Source: a virus. From it: a stretch of 64,000 bases of DNA. Positions 43,490 through 54,367 of the stretch are shown piece after piece. Position numbers and translations under genes: made by a program. The number at the start of each line of letters is the position of its first letter. Position 1 is the first letter of the stretch. The stretch is from the IMG/VR virus record IMGVR_UViG_3300035670_000153, positions 1 through 64,000 of that record; one strand, given 5' to 3'. Below the pieces are notes generated by a model. The model was not told the origin of the DNA and made no database searches. It saw only the letters and a program-made list of their open reading frames with translations.

Positions 43490-43516
43490 AAATCACCTAT
43501 TTCCTATTATTATAAT

Positions 43517-44542
43517 TCATTTAACTTTTACTTTATATTTATATAAATAATCAAATACTTTCTTTTTATTATCTACAGGACTCATCTTTGATTTTAATAA
43601 ATCATATTTATTAATTATGTAACTTACATTACGCATTATTTTAAACTTATTACATGTTTCAATAACATATTCTTCTGTAATATCTTCATCGAATGCTATG
43701 CATATATCAACATCAAGACTTATTAATATATTAACTTGTTCAATAGATATATCATGTCCTAATATAGCTACAGCATTATTATATTTCCATGTAGCCATTT
43801 TTAAAACTGATTTTTCAGATTCAAAGACGATTACTTCTCCTGCTTTTTGTATGTCATGATAGTTTTCTTGTAAGCCATATACATTTAATGTTTTAGGAAA
43901 TGGTATAATAGCATTATATTTTGGTATTCCTAAAATTTCATAATCTTTTAATGTTGTTCTTCCTTTACATCCAATAAAATCATTATCTCCACCACTCCAA
44001 TACCGTTGAGGGATTGTTATTCTACTACTATAAGGGCAATATCCTAGTTTAAATTTTTCTTGTATATCTTGAGGTATTCCTTCTCTAAACCACCATATAT
44101 TAGGTTTATTAATAAATTTATCTAATATTTTTTCATCATATATCTTTAAATCTATATTATTGTTGTTATACTGAGGACATGATACTTTTTTAAATATCTC
44201 TAATATATCTATTTTATTTTCTTTTTGTTTAGATAATATCTCATATTTTAAACCTAACAATTTATGTAATGCTTTTATAGCATGTATAAAACTTAATCCT
44301 TTTAATTCCATTATTAAAGTAATAATATCTCCAGAATATGTTTTTGATTCAGTATATACATTTATTTTCAATGAATCTTTTTTAATTGATATAGCTGTAG
44401 TATTTCTTTTATTAGGCATTCCTGCTCTATATTCATTCGGATATGTTTTTATTGAATGACATTGTAGAGCATCTAATATTTTTGGTACTAAATTATTTGA
44501 TGATATGTATTGTTTTAAATCTAATGCATCCATTAAAAACAC
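43517..44542 (-). CDS. DNA primase (Toprim)
   Basis: RITIP, KGR, KY, FESEKS, AFDED. Confidence 0.85.
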   Translation of the reverse strand: MFLMDALDLKQYISSNNLVPKILDALQCHSIKTYPNEYRAGMPNKRNTTAISIKKDSLKINVYTESKTYSGDIITLIMELKGLSFIHAIKALHKLLGLKYEILSKQKENKIDILEIFKKVSCPQYNNNNIDLKIYDEKILDKFINKPNIWWFREGIPQDIQEKFKLGYCPYSSRITIPQRYWSGGDNDFIGCKGRTTLKDYEILGIPKYNAIIPFPKTLNVYGLQENYHDIQKAGEVIVFESEKSVLKMATWKYNNAVAILGHDISIEQVNILISLDVDICIAFDEDITEEYVIETCNKFKIMRNVSYIINKYDLLKSKMSPVDNKKKVFDYLYKYKVKVK

Positions 44543-44563
44543 ATCCTTTATAATTATTTAAAA

Positions 44564-46012
44564 TTAATAATCTTCTGGAACATTAGTTATTCCAATTTCT
44601 TGATATATATTTCTGGCTAGATTTACTTCTACAACAATTTGGAACATATGTGACTCACCTTCTCGATTCTTATCAATGAATAATACTATGTAAGTTTTAT
44701 TTGGGTCTAATATAACAGGTATTTTTGATTTATTTCTAGAACCTTCTAATCTATATACCTTTAATTCCTTTTTCCCTTCTTGTTTTTCATCGTCTCTAAC
44801 ATGACGCATTAATATAACTGTAGAACAAACATCTGTAACATTCTTTGACATACCAATATTATCTTGTGTTAGATATCTACTCCCTGCTTTATCTTTTTTT
44901 AATTGTAATGTACACCATAAATGAACATTTTTATTTGCAGGTTTTACAGTATCATACAACTTTCTCATATCGTGCATCATTTCTTCCCATGTTTGTTTCT
45001 GAGATGGTGTATCTCCTGCTTTAAATGTATCTAATATAAAATATTTTACACCAAGAGAAGCATATTTGCAAATAATTTTTTGCATAATTCCAACATTATA
45101 TGTAGATAAAGGTATAATTGTAATATTTCTATTATCCTTTTTAGCTTCTAACCAATCAGCAGCTTCATGTAACCATTTTTTTTCTTCGTCTGAAAATTGA
45201 CCTTGACGTAATCTTTTTTTGTTAAATTTATAACCCATTTCATTATTAACAACCCAAGTCAACATTTCTTTTCTTAATTTTTTTTCATCTTGTTCATTAA
45301 TAACCATTATACACTGTTCGTTTTGTTCTATTATCGAAGATAAAAGTATTTGTAATGTTATTGTTGTCTTACCTGTACCACTTGAAGCACCTAACAATGT
45401 TACATTACCAAGTATATTTCCTCCTACTAAATCATTTAATAGTGGAGCTCTTAAAGGCAATCCTATATCTGCCCCTTTATCACAATCATCAATCAAGGCA
45501 TGTAATCCTTCACATAAATTATGACTTTTAATAGATGTTTCATTATTGATAAATACATCATTCAGTTTGGCAGTGTAAAAATTATATATATCATCACTAC
45601 TCATATCTTTTAATGTATCAAAGTGTTCATTAATACGGAATACATTTTCAGCAAGCTTTAGCATTGAATTCAGTTTATTTAATTCTAATATATACCCTTC
45701 TAAATTAGCTAAGTTAATATATTTTGTAGTAGCATTAATTGATTCAAATCCACCTGTTAATTTATATTGTTTTTCCATTTCTGGGTTTTTCATTATAAAA
45801 AACCCAATAGTTTCTCTATCTAAAACAGGTTTTTTTTCTTGAATAACAATTGTTTTTGCAATATTAAAATAAAATTTCCATATATCAGAATGAAAATCAT
45901 CAATATTTAAATTACTATATTCATATAAAGCCTCAGTATTTTTATAAATGCATGCTACAATATTTGCTTCACATGGTAATTTCATATCTTTAATTCTTTG
46001 AATTAAGCCCAT
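44564..46012 (-). CDS. DnaB-like replicative helicase
   Basis: GASSGTGKT, NEQ, ILDTFK, TLQL, KNREG. Confidence 0.9.
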   Translation of the reverse strand: MGLIQRIKDMKLPCEANIVACIYKNTEALYEYSNLNIDDFHSDIWKFYFNIAKTIVIQEKKPVLDRETIGFFIMKNPEMEKQYKLTGGFESINATTKYINLANLEGYILELNKLNSMLKLAENVFRINEHFDTLKDMSSDDIYNFYTAKLNDVFINNETSIKSHNLCEGLHALIDDCDKGADIGLPLRAPLLNDLVGGNILGNVTLLGASSGTGKTTITLQILLSSIIEQNEQCIMVINEQDEKKLRKEMLTWVVNNEMGYKFNKKRLRQGQFSDEEKKWLHEAADWLEAKKDNRNITIIPLSTYNVGIMQKIICKYASLGVKYFILDTFKAGDTPSQKQTWEEMMHDMRKLYDTVKPANKNVHLWCTLQLKKDKAGSRYLTQDNIGMSKNVTDVCSTVILMRHVRDDEKQEGKKELKVYRLEGSRNKSKIPVILDPNKTYIVLFIDKNREGESHMFQIVVEVNLARNIYQEIGITNVPEDY

Positions 46013-46036
46013 AATAATATCTCCTTTTATTTTAAT

Positions 46037-46651
46037 TTACCATATATCTTTTAATGTTTTTGCTACTTTATTTTCAGTTTTATTTTGTTGTGTGGTATCT
46101 ATTATATCTTTTTTATCATCATGTTTAGTATCTGTATTTACATTATAACTAAAATCATCTAAATCTAAATTATTAATTTTTGATTCTGATTGTTTAACTC
46201 TTTCTAATCTTAATACAGTATCATTTAAATTTTTTTCGATAATAACCATTATAGTATTAAATTTATGCATTTCATCTTGAAACGTTTTATCCCCTATCAT
46301 ATTTAATATTTCAATCTTCTTTGCCATAAAAGTATATAATATAGATTTATAGCTATACTTAGCATTTTTATCTAATTTAGAACTTATAACAAAATTACCA
46401 TCTTTTAATCCTTTTAACCTTAATACCATAAACCTATTCAAACTCATGATAGATGTATATTGCATTATTTCTTTTCTAACATACTCATATAACTCTATCC
46501 ACTCTTTATTTTCAGATTCATTATTGAGTTTTATATCATAGCAATTCATATGATATTTTAGATTTTTATAAATCACATATTCTTTTGTAAGTTCTCCACA
46601 TATTTTACATTTAGATGCTCTAGTTGATTTTTTTACTACTACATCTTCCAT
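46037..46651 (-). CDS. replication-module protein (Zn-finger; SPbeta YorH-like position, possible helicase loader)
   Basis: CKIC..H..C; synteny between the ATPase and the helicase. Confidence 0.55.
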   Translation of the reverse strand: MEDVVVKKSTRASKCKICGELTKEYVIYKNLKYHMNCYDIKLNNESENKEWIELYEYVRKEIMQYTSIMSLNRFMVLRLKGLKDGNFVISSKLDKNAKYSYKSILYTFMAKKIEILNMIGDKTFQDEMHKFNTIMVIIEKNLNDTVLRLERVKQSESKINNLDLDDFSYNVNTDTKHDDKKDIIDTTQQNKTENKVAKTLKDIW

Positions 46652-46738
46652 TATATCACCTCGTCTTATAATATTTTATTCTCTATTAATATTATAATGG
46701 ATTACATTAAAAAATGCAACCCATTATTATAAAAAATA

Positions 46739-47857
46739 TTATATTATAGCATTCATTAATTGTCTTGCTGTTTCAATATCATTAAAATCTATAGGACTTT
46801 TTATTCCTAATTCTGCTACTTTATCAAGTAATGGTTTTAATGATTCTTTGTTCCCTACATTGCTTTTAGCAAATTCCTTTATTTTAATCTTAATATCTTC
46901 TATTTCTTTAAGATTGTTTGTTTTAGATAATTCTTTATTCATTTTATCATTTTTCTCATTTTCTTGTTGTTTCTGTATATCTTCCATTTGTTCTATGTTT
47001 CCTGTTTTTTCATATTCAGATTTAATTGCATCTTTGATAGCGTTAATTAATTCATCTGCATCTAAATTTATTTCCTCAATTATATTTGCAAATCTACTTC
47101 CACTATCTAAAGCCATATTATCATCCCTAAACTTGATTTTTCTACTTTCATTAGTAACTTTATTAACTGTTATATCTTTTTTAGTTACAATATTTTTTTT
47201 ACCAGTTTTTTCAGTAATAATAGTTCTATCATAATAAGCTAATCCAATAAAATGCATTTTCTTTTTTAATAAGTTAAAATATATTTTTTCTACATCAGAT
47301 GTTAAAGTTTGATAAGTTGTTCCACTTGCTATATCCGTTATATCTCTATTTTTAACGTGACCAATAATAATAGTTGATATACCAATCTTTTTTAAACGTG
47401 TAATAACTTCAAACATTAAATCAAATGCTTTAGCTTGCCCTTTTTGGAATCCACCTTCGGTAGCGTTAATAGAATCTGCTTTTTTATCTATGTTATTTCT
47501 ATTCCATTTTCTAATTACTTCGTTTTCTGCTAACTTTATCCATCCATCATATGTGTCAACAACAATAGTTTTTAAATCTTTATAATCAGTTGTTCTATTA
47601 TCTTCTATATCATCAAGGATATCTTGTAACTCTCCCCATTCATCTATATCTTCTGCTACAATCCCATTGATAGCATCAGCTCCTGCTTCTCCTGCCATTT
47701 CAAGGAACATATATCCTTCGTCTCCGACTAATTTTTCCAAAAATTCTTTAACTACTGTAGTCTTCCCGATTTTCGATTCTCCTAAAATGCATATATTATA
47801 TGCTAAAGGGTCAATTTTTACAACATTCTTTTTACCGTATTTACGACTTGTTGACAT
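46739..47857 (-). CDS. AAA_24/Sak4-like ATPase
   Basis: GESKIGKTT, VVDT, GGFQKG, IIGH. Confidence 0.8.
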   Translation of the reverse strand: MSTSRKYGKKNVVKIDPLAYNICILGESKIGKTTVVKEFLEKLVGDEGYMFLEMAGEAGADAINGIVAEDIDEWGELQDILDDIEDNRTTDYKDLKTIVVDTYDGWIKLAENEVIRKWNRNNIDKKADSINATEGGFQKGQAKAFDLMFEVITRLKKIGISTIIIGHVKNRDITDIASGTTYQTLTSDVEKIYFNLLKKKMHFIGLAYYDRTIITEKTGKKNIVTKKDITVNKVTNESRKIKFRDDNMALDSGSRFANIIEEINLDADELINAIKDAIKSEYEKTGNIEQMEDIQKQQENEKNDKMNKELSKTNNLKEIEDIKIKIKEFAKSNVGNKESLKPLLDKVAELGIKSPIDFNDIETARQLMNAII

Positions 47858-47880
47858 TTCACACTCTCCTTAAAATATTT

Positions 47881-47917
47881 TTAAAATAAATAGGGCATTG
47901 TACCCTATTTATTTTAA
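47881..47917 (-). terminator. rho-independent terminator
   Basis: AAAATAAATAGGGCA/TACCCTATTTATTTT hairpin. Confidence 0.7.
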
Positions 47918-47948
47918 TGTATATTAATTTTTATATGAGCTTATATTA

Positions 47949-49223
47949 TTAATCTAAATTATTTAACCAATCATCACTATCATTTTCTGATGTTGTATTA
48001 TTATCTTCATCTGAATTTTCTTTTTTTAATTCTACTTTCTTTGGTACATCTAAGACTAAAGCATCTTCTGAGTATTTACCTTCAAAGAATAATGGTTTTG
48101 ATGTAGATGTTCCATCATCATTATTTTTTACCTCAATATATGGTTTAGTAATTACTAATTTTAAAACTCTATCACCTTTTACTACTAATTTCTTCATTAT
48201 TTCTTCTTTACTATAAAGTCCTAAATCAATTAATTCTTGCATATCATCAGGAATATCTTTTTCATCAATTTTCCCTACAGGAGCACCTTCTATAATATCT
48301 CCTTCAACCGTTAATTCATTAACATCTTTTCTAACTTTGAAGAATTTAGTTAAGAATTTTTTAATTAACTCATTGCTCATTTTTTCTGTTGATTCATTAA
48401 TATAAAAATTTACATTATAAGGAATCATTTTTTTAATTTCTACTTCATTTAATTCTTTACAATAATCAATAACTCTAGCATCAATTATGTACTGTCTTGA
48501 TTCTTTATCTAATTCTTTAACACTGTCTCTATCAAGTAACAATGTTTGTGTAAATGTAGCTTTTTTAGCAGGTAATTCTCCTTTGTCATTAAACCTAGCT
48601 AAATAAATACTTGTGATATCTTTTTTAATTTGGGTATTACCTTTATAAAAACCATATTTCAATTGACCACCCACATGAATTAACATGTTATCTTTTAAAT
48701 GTGTTTTTGTATACGCAATAGCATCATACCAACTTAAAAACCTTTTCTTAATCATTTTTACTTGTTTTTCTACTAGAACATCTTCAACCTCAGATGTACC
48801 ATCTTCATTTAAAATTTCTTGTTTAGCAACAACAACATAAACACCATCATCTGTTAATTTAAATGTTTCATTATCAGCCAATATACTTTTATCAGGCTCT
48901 AATTCAATGGTAACAAATTTTAAATTACTAACATCTTTATGCATTTTCTCATCATTTCTATCTTGCCAATCAATTTCCCATTTATTTTTGCTATCTGTAC
49001 CTGAGAATACTTTTATAGGATTATCTTTATTTGTAAAGAATCCACCCATAGCACCAGCATAAATGATATTTGTATCTGATGTTTTTACTCCGATGTTTAA
49101 ATTAGAATATTTGTATCCTGTCTTTTGTGATAATTCATCAATCTTAAAAGTATAATCAGACACCTTTACATTTCCTGTTAATGAAAAATATGATTTTTCT
49201 TTTTTTAATTCTGCCATAGTCAA
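47949..49223 (-). CDS. putative ssDNA-binding protein (SPbeta YorF-like)
   Basis: beta-rich sequence, acidic tail DSDDWLNNLD, first gene of the replication operon. Confidence 0.6.
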   Translation of the reverse strand: MTMAELKKEKSYFSLTGNVKVSDYTFKIDELSQKTGYKYSNLNIGVKTSDTNIIYAGAMGGFFTNKDNPIKVFSGTDSKNKWEIDWQDRNDEKMHKDVSNLKFVTIELEPDKSILADNETFKLTDDGVYVVVAKQEILNEDGTSEVEDVLVEKQVKMIKKRFLSWYDAIAYTKTHLKDNMLIHVGGQLKYGFYKGNTQIKKDITSIYLARFNDKGELPAKKATFTQTLLLDRDSVKELDKESRQYIIDARVIDYCKELNEVEIKKMIPYNVNFYINESTEKMSNELIKKFLTKFFKVRKDVNELTVEGDIIEGAPVGKIDEKDIPDDMQELIDLGLYSKEEIMKKLVVKGDRVLKLVITKPYIEVKNNDDGTSTSKPLFFEGKYSEDALVLDVPKKVELKKENSDEDNNTTSENDSDDWLNNLD

Positions 49224-49409
49224 CCTCCGTTATAATATTTTTTATTTTATTACATATATATAATATCATACTCTAATGTTGTTGTCAAATATTATTATTA
49301 AATATTTTTTAAATAAATTTAAAACATTAGAGTATGATTATAAAAATTAAAAATCTATATAAACAATTGATTTAACAATTGATGAATCGGATATTTAAAT
49401 TTAATATTT

Positions 49410-51404
49410 TTATTCATTTATCATATTAAATAATTCATCTAATCCAATAACTTTTACATTTAATTGATTAGCTTTTTCTAATTTACTCCCTGCTTTTTCC
49501 CCTGCAATAAGATAATTTGTTTTTTTAGAAACAGAACTTACAGGAACTCCACCATTATCCTCAATCATTTGAGAGATTTGCTCTCTTTTATAATCACCGA
49601 ATGTACCTGTAACACAAAAAGTTAGTTCTTTCAATCTATGTAAAGATGACTGTGATAATGGGGATTGTTCCATATCTATATTTAAATAACTTAATACATC
49701 TAAAAATGCATTATAGTTATGAGTTGTATTAAACCAATCTTTTAATGAATTACTCATAGCACTTCCAAAATCTTCTAACTTAGTAAAATCAAAATTGTTT
49801 TTAAAAATATCCTCTAAAAATATAGATATATTGTTTTTATAATATTTAGCAATTGTCTTAGATGCAGACTTTCCAATTAGAGGAATACTCATTGAATATA
49901 TTAATCTATGCATTTCTGTATTTTTTGCTTGTTCAATTGATTCGATAAGTTTATTATACGACTTTTTACCAAATCCGTCAAGTGCAATTATTTCTATTTC
50001 TTTATCTTTTTTATTTAATTTAAATAAATCACTGTATGTATTTATTATATCATACTTTATAAATTTGTCAAGTGTTGATTCACTTAATCCATCAATGTTC
50101 ATTGCAGACTTAGACGTAAAGTGTGATAATTTCTTTAATATTTTTCCTGAACACATATCATTAGTACATATTAACACTTCTGTATCATTGTCTTTAGTTA
50201 TTTTAGTATCACTATTACAACTCGGACATTGTTTAATAATTTCCATATTATTAGATTGTGTCAGATTATTAATTATCTGAGGAATAATCATATTAGCTTT
50301 AATAACTTCAACTTCGTCTCCAATACCTATTTTTAATTCTTTTAAAATACTAATATTATGCAAACTAGCTCTTCCTACTGTAGTTCCATCAATTTCAATA
50401 TCATCAAATATAGCTACGGGAGTAATTTGTGTCTTCCCTACACTCCATTCAATAGCTTTAATAGTAGATGTTACACTTTCATCCTTAAATTTAAATGCTA
50501 ATGATGCTAGAGGATGATGTGAAGTATATCCTAAACTTTCACTATACTGTCTACTATCAAAAGTAAATACAATACCATCAATTGGCATTTTTAAATCTTC
50601 TGATATATTTTTTAAAGTAGTAATATAATGATTTAAAGTAACTACATCAGTAAGCGTAGATGATGTACAAGGAGATATAGAAAATCCATATGTTATAAGT
50701 GTTTGTAAATTCTCTAATTTTGAATCAAATATAGTATTTTCTTCATTTTTTGGTAATCTCATTTCAAAAGCATAGAATTTAATAAATCTTTCTGCACAAA
50801 CTTTACTATCCAATTGTCTTACAGAACCCGAAACAAGGTTTCTAGGATGTTTATACTGTGATTCTGTAGGAAGTTTAGAATTAATATATTCAAAGTCATT
50901 TAAATGTATTATAGCCTCTCCTACGACTTCTAATTTATATTTGTATGGTATTTTCAATGGAATATTTTTAAACACTTTAGCATTATGTGTGATATCTTCT
51001 CCTATTGACCCATCCCCTCTTGTAGATGCTCTTTTTAATTCCCCATTATTATATTCTAATTTAACTGTTAATCCATCCATTTTACTCATTACAACATATT
51101 TTTTATTATTTAAAAATTTTGAAACGATTGCAACATCTTTAGTTTTATCAAGAGACAAAAGTCTTATGTCATGTGAAACTTTGTTTAAATCACTCATAAC
51201 TACATATCCAACTTCTTTTGTAGGTGAATTTGATAAAACAATATCATATTTATATTCTAATTCAGTTAATTTATCATATAATGCATCATATTCTTTATCA
51301 GATATAATACTTTTATTATTATTATAGTACTCATGTCTATAGTAGTTTAATTGTTTCACTAAATCATGTATTTCTTTTATTGGAATATCTAGATTATCTC
51401 TCAT
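49410..51404 (-). CDS. ligA: NAD+-dependent DNA ligase
   Basis: YY...ISD.EYD, KMDG, TRGDG, PRN, DGIV, AFKF, Zn finger, HhH, BRCT domain. Confidence 0.96.
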   Translation of the reverse strand: MRDNLDIPIKEIHDLVKQLNYYRHEYYNNNKSIISDKEYDALYDKLTELEYKYDIVLSNSPTKEVGYVVMSDLNKVSHDIRLLSLDKTKDVAIVSKFLNNKKYVVMSKMDGLTVKLEYNNGELKRASTRGDGSIGEDITHNAKVFKNIPLKIPYKYKLEVVGEAIIHLNDFEYINSKLPTESQYKHPRNLVSGSVRQLDSKVCAERFIKFYAFEMRLPKNEENTIFDSKLENLQTLITYGFSISPCTSSTLTDVVTLNHYITTLKNISEDLKMPIDGIVFTFDSRQYSESLGYTSHHPLASLAFKFKDESVTSTIKAIEWSVGKTQITPVAIFDDIEIDGTTVGRASLHNISILKELKIGIGDEVEVIKANMIIPQIINNLTQSNNMEIIKQCPSCNSDTKITKDNDTEVLICTNDMCSGKILKKLSHFTSKSAMNIDGLSESTLDKFIKYDIINTYSDLFKLNKKDKEIEIIALDGFGKKSYNKLIESIEQAKNTEMHRLIYSMSIPLIGKSASKTIAKYYKNNISIFLEDIFKNNFDFTKLEDFGSAMSNSLKDWFNTTHNYNAFLDVLSYLNIDMEQSPLSQSSLHRLKELTFCVTGTFGDYKREQISQMIEDNGGVPVSSVSKKTNYLIAGEKAGSKLEKANQLNVKVIGLDELFNMINE

Positions 51405-51417
51405 TATTATACCATCC

Positions 51418-51990
51418 TTATTTAATTAATTTTTTTAATTCTTTTTGTAATGATTTAATTTTTGCTCTAGTATAAGCAATTTTAATTCCAGTAGTTTTAT
51501 TATATTCATCATCTTTACAACATTTTGCAATACCTTTAGAACCATCATCTAATATTACTATAGTTGCATTTTTACTATGAATTACTTTTTGTGTTCTTTC
51601 AGGAATAGAAAATGCTCCTTTTTTTAATTCTCCTGTAGTATTACTATGTTCTGTGAATGATACATAATATTTATTATATGTAAATATTTTTACTTCATCT
51701 TGAAATTTATTTTTTACTTCATCTTCTAATTTCATTTCTAATTTACATTCACTATCTATTACAAACATTTTCGATGTCCATCTCCACCTTTGATTGTCTT
51801 CTTCTAAATAATAAATATCATCTTCATCTGCCCAATCAATTCCATACTCAGCATGACAAATAGTTACAAGTTTACCTTTTAAATTTAATTTATCCATATC
51901 TGATATATATGAATCATTACCATATGATTCACCTACAATTAAATCTTCTCTTACTTGAACCTTATCTCCAACTTTTAATTTTTTATACAT
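51418..51990 (-). CDS. hypothetical phage protein
   Basis: GGAGG SD, 190 aa ORF. Confidence 0.7.
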   Translation of the reverse strand: MYKKLKVGDKVQVREDLIVGESYGNDSYISDMDKLNLKGKLVTICHAEYGIDWADEDDIYYLEEDNQRWRWTSKMFVIDSECKLEMKLEDEVKNKFQDEVKIFTYNKYYVSFTEHSNTTGELKKGAFSIPERTQKVIHSKNATIVILDDGSKGIAKCCKDDEYNKTTGIKIAYTRAKIKSLQKELKKLIK

Positions 51991-52003
51991 ATAAATCCTC
52001 CTT

Positions 52004-53206
52004 TTAAATAATTTCTATTAAATATTTTACAGTACAAGCTTCTTCTTTGTATACAACAATTTCATCTTTTCTTAACATTCCAGTTCCACCATGAGCATGT
52101 AAACAATTTGCTCCTTTACATGCACTTTGCAGTATATTTTGATTGAAATTATAATATTTACTATCAAAACTATAAACATCATATGCTTTTCCATAAGCAG
52201 TCTCCATCAATAACATAAATCCTGTATGTTCAGACCCATGTGACCATCTTGAACCTGATACGCTTGTGTATCCTCTTGATTTATCAAAATCATTAGATAA
52301 ATAAATCCCGCTGCCAAACATCTTACCCGTAATTACTGCATTTGGTCTTAATACAAGACCAGAATTTAAAATACTCCAAACATTTTCTGACCTAGTACCA
52401 TGGAAAAACAAATCTGTTTTTAATATGTTTTCACTTTTTAAGTAATCATTATATTTATTTTGAGTTTTTTTATTTGTAATCTTCCATCCTTGTTTAAATT
52501 TATCTTGCATAGAACCCATTTTTGATTTTATTGCTTTTATATCTTTATCATTTAACTCTTCAAATTCTATTCCTAAAGCTTCTAATATTGTTTGATTTTT
52601 TGTAACAACATCATCATCATTATTGTTGTTATCTTCAATTTTATTTTGTTTTACTTGACCTTCCATAATATCTAGTAAATCTTGTTCTCGATTTATTATA
52701 GATATGTAGTCATCTTTTGATTCTGCTAAATAATCTACTACTTTTTTCATTTTTCTTGGAATAGTTTTAAATAATTGCAACAATACTTCATTGAATTTGT
52801 TACATTCATTTTCATTTCCAAGATTATAAAGTAAAGTCTGAGCTTCATCAACCATTAATTGTGTAACTTTATCAGATGATATGGTATAATTATCTTTTAC
52901 GGTTTGTCTAGCTATTGCTTGTAATCTCTCAACTATTTTTGAAATATTAGGATTATCTAATGATAAATATTCATTTTTCTTTTTTATAATAGGTACTTCT
53001 ATTAATCTTGTCTGGTCAACATATCCCTTTTTTATTTTGCTATTCAAAGTAGAATGCCATTTACCCATTGGATATGTTTTTGATTGATATGATGTATTTC
53101 CTATCCTACCATATTGGACTTCAAATGTAGAACCTAATTCAATCATTTTATAATACTTATTATTATTTGCATCTGCCTCTACCTTAACAAGATAAACTGT
53201 TTTCAT
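52004..53206 (-). CDS. WGR + PARP-family ADP-ribosyltransferase
   Basis: NNKYY...YGRIG...KIKKGY (WGR); IPR; FHGTR, MFGSGIY, KSRGY, DEIVVY (H-Y-E triad). Confidence 0.88.
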   Translation of the reverse strand: MKTVYLVKVEADANNNKYYKMIELGSTFEVQYGRIGNTSYQSKTYPMGKWHSTLNSKIKKGYVDQTRLIEVPIIKKKNEYLSLDNPNISKIVERLQAIARQTVKDNYTISSDKVTQLMVDEAQTLLYNLGNENECNKFNEVLLQLFKTIPRKMKKVVDYLAESKDDYISIINREQDLLDIMEGQVKQNKIEDNNNNDDDVVTKNQTILEALGIEFEELNDKDIKAIKSKMGSMQDKFKQGWKITNKKTQNKYNDYLKSENILKTDLFFHGTRSENVWSILNSGLVLRPNAVITGKMFGSGIYLSNDFDKSRGYTSVSGSRWSHGSEHTGFMLLMETAYGKAYDVYSFDSKYYNFNQNILQSACKGANCLHAHGGTGMLRKDEIVVYKEEACTVKYLIEII

Positions 53207-53292
53207 ATAATCACCCTTTCATTTAATCTATTATTAGTATAACTAATATTTTTTTTATTGTCAATAATATAATTAAAATAAATTAAAATATT

Positions 53293-54312
53293 TCAATGAG
53301 CGTATTTATCAGCTTCATGCACCATCATTAATTCATTATAAAAATCTTCACCAACTAAATTAATTAATTTTTGTTTTGATTTTTCTGTATTTGTATTATG
53401 TAGTCTCATATGAAATTTTATTAATTGACTAATATGTAAAATTTGAAGTATATTATTTTGGTAATTCTCATAGTCATATTCAGGAATTAGTTTTGATATC
53501 ATTTCTAAGAATATTAATATCCCATCATAAGCTGATACATTTTCATGGTTATAAAAATGTGCTATATCAGTTGTTTCTCCTTTATGATTTATAAATGTTT
53601 TAGTAAATTCTTTTCCAATATCATGTAGGAATGTTGCAAATACAACATCATAATTAACTCCATGTTTTTGAATAATATAATCTTTAGCTTTACGACAGTG
53701 TTGCCCTACTGTTAATGTATGATAAGGAGAATCTTGATTTATAATATCTAGTCTTTCAAATATTTTATCAATACTATATTTTTTTAAATCATTTATTTCA
53801 TATTTAATATCAATTTTATCCCAACCTTCAAAATAATAAGGCACATCAAAATTTAAATACATTCTTTTAATAACATCTACAGGAACATTTCTATCTCTAT
53901 TTTTATTTTGTTCTAAACATTTGTCATATGGAGTAAGAATTAAAACAGCAATTTTTTCACAGTCAATATTATTAATCTGTCTTAGGAATTCCATTCTCCT
54001 TTTACTTGATATGTTTGTAGCATCATATACTACATTATTTCCATTTAATAAGTTTGATTTAATTCTATCATGAACAATTTGAAATACATACCATTGATTA
54101 CTTTGGTCATTTATATCTCCTAATACTTCTTCTCTAATTGAGTCTGATGAAACTATGATAGCATTATGTGTCTTTGCTATCTCTTGTGAATGATAAGATT
54201 TTCCACTAGCAGGTAATCCTATCATAAAAAATAATTTTGGTCTTAAATTTAATTTACTCATAACATCATCTTCTTTCTTTTTTATTTTTATGTCGTAAAT
54301 ATATAATATCAT
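53293..54312 (-). CDS. polynucleotide kinase (AAA_33) fused to HD phosphohydrolase
   Basis: GLPASGKS, SSDSIR, YDATN..RR, N.NR.R.VP; H..TV..H, LHDIGK, H, HM, D. Confidence 0.88.
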   Translation of the reverse strand: MILYIYDIKIKKKEDDVMSKLNLRPKLFFMIGLPASGKSYHSQEIAKTHNAIIVSSDSIREEVLGDINDQSNQWYVFQIVHDRIKSNLLNGNNVVYDATNISSKRRMEFLRQINNIDCEKIAVLILTPYDKCLEQNKNRDRNVPVDVIKRMYLNFDVPYYFEGWDKIDIKYEINDLKKYSIDKIFERLDIINQDSPYHTLTVGQHCRKAKDYIIQKHGVNYDVVFATFLHDIGKEFTKTFINHKGETTDIAHFYNHENVSAYDGILIFLEMISKLIPEYDYENYQNNILQILHISQLIKFHMRLHNTNTEKSKQKLINLVGEDFYNELMMVHEADKYAH

Positions 54313-54367
54313 ATATTATTTACAATGTCAAGAGTTCTGTGAAAATTGATTACAGAACTCTTTATCA

